NCBI GenBank assembly: GCA_050613775.1
Contig: JBODTK010000010.1
Span: 1,364,001-1,428,000 of the forward strand
Source of the DNA: Neocallimastix sp. 'constans'
Taxonomy: Eukaryota
DNA: 64,000 bases
Reading direction: 5' to 3'
The position numbers and the translations under genes are program-made. The notes under the pieces were generated by a model. It was not told the DNA's origin. It made no database searches and was given only the letters and a program-made list of their open reading frames with translations. Below, in pieces: positions 62,725 to 64,000 of the stretch (the stretch's first letter is position 1; each line of letters opens with the position of its first letter).

Positions 62725-64000
62725 TTGATGGGCTTCAAAAGGAGTCCAGAACATCAAAAAATTTAAAAACAATTTATTATAATTTTCCTACACTTGATTC
62801 AATCAATGAATCAAATCTCCCATCTACATTCCTTTTATTCAAATCTTATATTCCTATTAAATTCTTAAATAATTTTTCAATTAAAAATGAAAAAATTCAA
62901 AAATTAACTTCTGAATCTATGTTAGATTCAGGATCCTTTTGCAATTTTATCACAGAAAAATTAGTAAATAAATTAAAACTAAATATTCAAAAAACAAAAA
63001 ATAAAATCCTAGTTAAAGGTATTTCAGGCAGAACTACCAAATTAGATCAATTTGTTTGGTTAAATTTTCAAATTAAATTTTTTAAAAATAATAAATTTTA
63101 TTTTCAAGATTTTAAAGAAAAATTTTTAATCTCAAATTGTATTCCTACTGGTTTACTTTTTGGAAATCAGTTTATTAGGAAATTCAAAATACATTACAAT
63201 TATAAAAATAATACCTTATATTCTTATTTAAATTATAATTCTTTAAAAGATCATAAAAATAAATCCATAAAATATAAGGGAAATAATTTTTATTTAAACT
63301 CGTTGAAAAGAAAAATTTTTAAAAATAAATTTTTTAAAAGAAAAATAAAAAATAAATTTTATTATAAAAATTTTTCAAAAAATCGATCAAAAAATAATTC
63401 AAAAAATATCTCCAAAAAATTTAATTTAAAAAATTTAAAAAATTTTTCAAAAAATTCAAAGTTTAATAAATATAAAAATTCTATTAATAAAAATTCTAAA
63501 ATTTATGTATATGTAAAATATTTAAATAAATCTAAAAGTAAATTTTCTTCCAAAAAATTTAACAAAAATCATCGAGATTTATATAATAATAAAAAAGAAT
63601 TTAGTTATAATTTTTTAATATATTGTTTTCTTTCAACTAAAGATAAAGTTGAAATTGAAAATGAGGAATCAAAAGTAGAAGAAATTCCTCATCAATATCA
63701 AGATTTAGCAATCGTATTTAGCAAAAAAGAGGCAGATAAATTACCTCCTCACCGTTTAACCGACTGTAAGATTGTTTTAGAAAAAGACGCTACACTCCAT
63801 TACGGCCCAATTTATCCATTAACTGAAGAAGAATCACAAGTTCTTAAGGACTATATAAAAGAAAATTTAGAAAAAGGATTTATTAGACCATCAGAATCTC
63901 CTGCTGGATATCCTGTCCTTTTTCAAAAGAAAAAAGATGGTTCCCTTCGGTTATGTGTAGACTATAAAAAATTAAATGCAGTAACTATAAGAAATTCATA
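62715..64000 (+). CDS. pol: B' Pol 5' part (PR, RT start) in the -1 frame, partial
   Basis: MLDSGSFCN at 62919; [11 protein letters not shown] at the window end. Confidence 0.85.

Larger units (their letters stand above)
60895..64000 (+). mobile_element. Divergent family-B element B' (LTR 60895-61619), running off the window
   Basis: TGTTGAA..TTAACA LTR, PBS ATAACCTTAC, gag and pol homologous to B1. Confidence 0.93.

Overview
This is an extremely AT-rich eukaryotic window; composition suggests an anaerobic gut fungus (Neocallimastigomycota), but that is inference. It is almost entirely a nested pile of Ty3/Gypsy LTR retrotransposons around one intron-containing tRNA-Ile(TAT) gene (21570-21662), with no recognisable host protein gene. 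I named five families for convenience. A is tRNA-primed, uses a TTTAAAC -1 frameshift and has no chromodomain. B has 735-bp LTRs and an AAAAAAC -1 frameshift. C is a single-ORF chromovirus, D has a GC-richer coding region, and S occurs only as ~0.9-kb solo LTRs. The main result is an apparent Pol III-anchored insertion geometry. S LTRs stacked repeatedly ~16 bp upstream of the tRNA, and B elements sit 65-66 bp upstream of the tRNA and of tRNA-like A/B boxes inside C-family LTRs. The same offsets predict a second tRNA just beyond the window end. B, C and D show Tf1/sushi-type self-priming complementarity, and swapped TSDs reveal a 1-kb LTR-mediated inversion.
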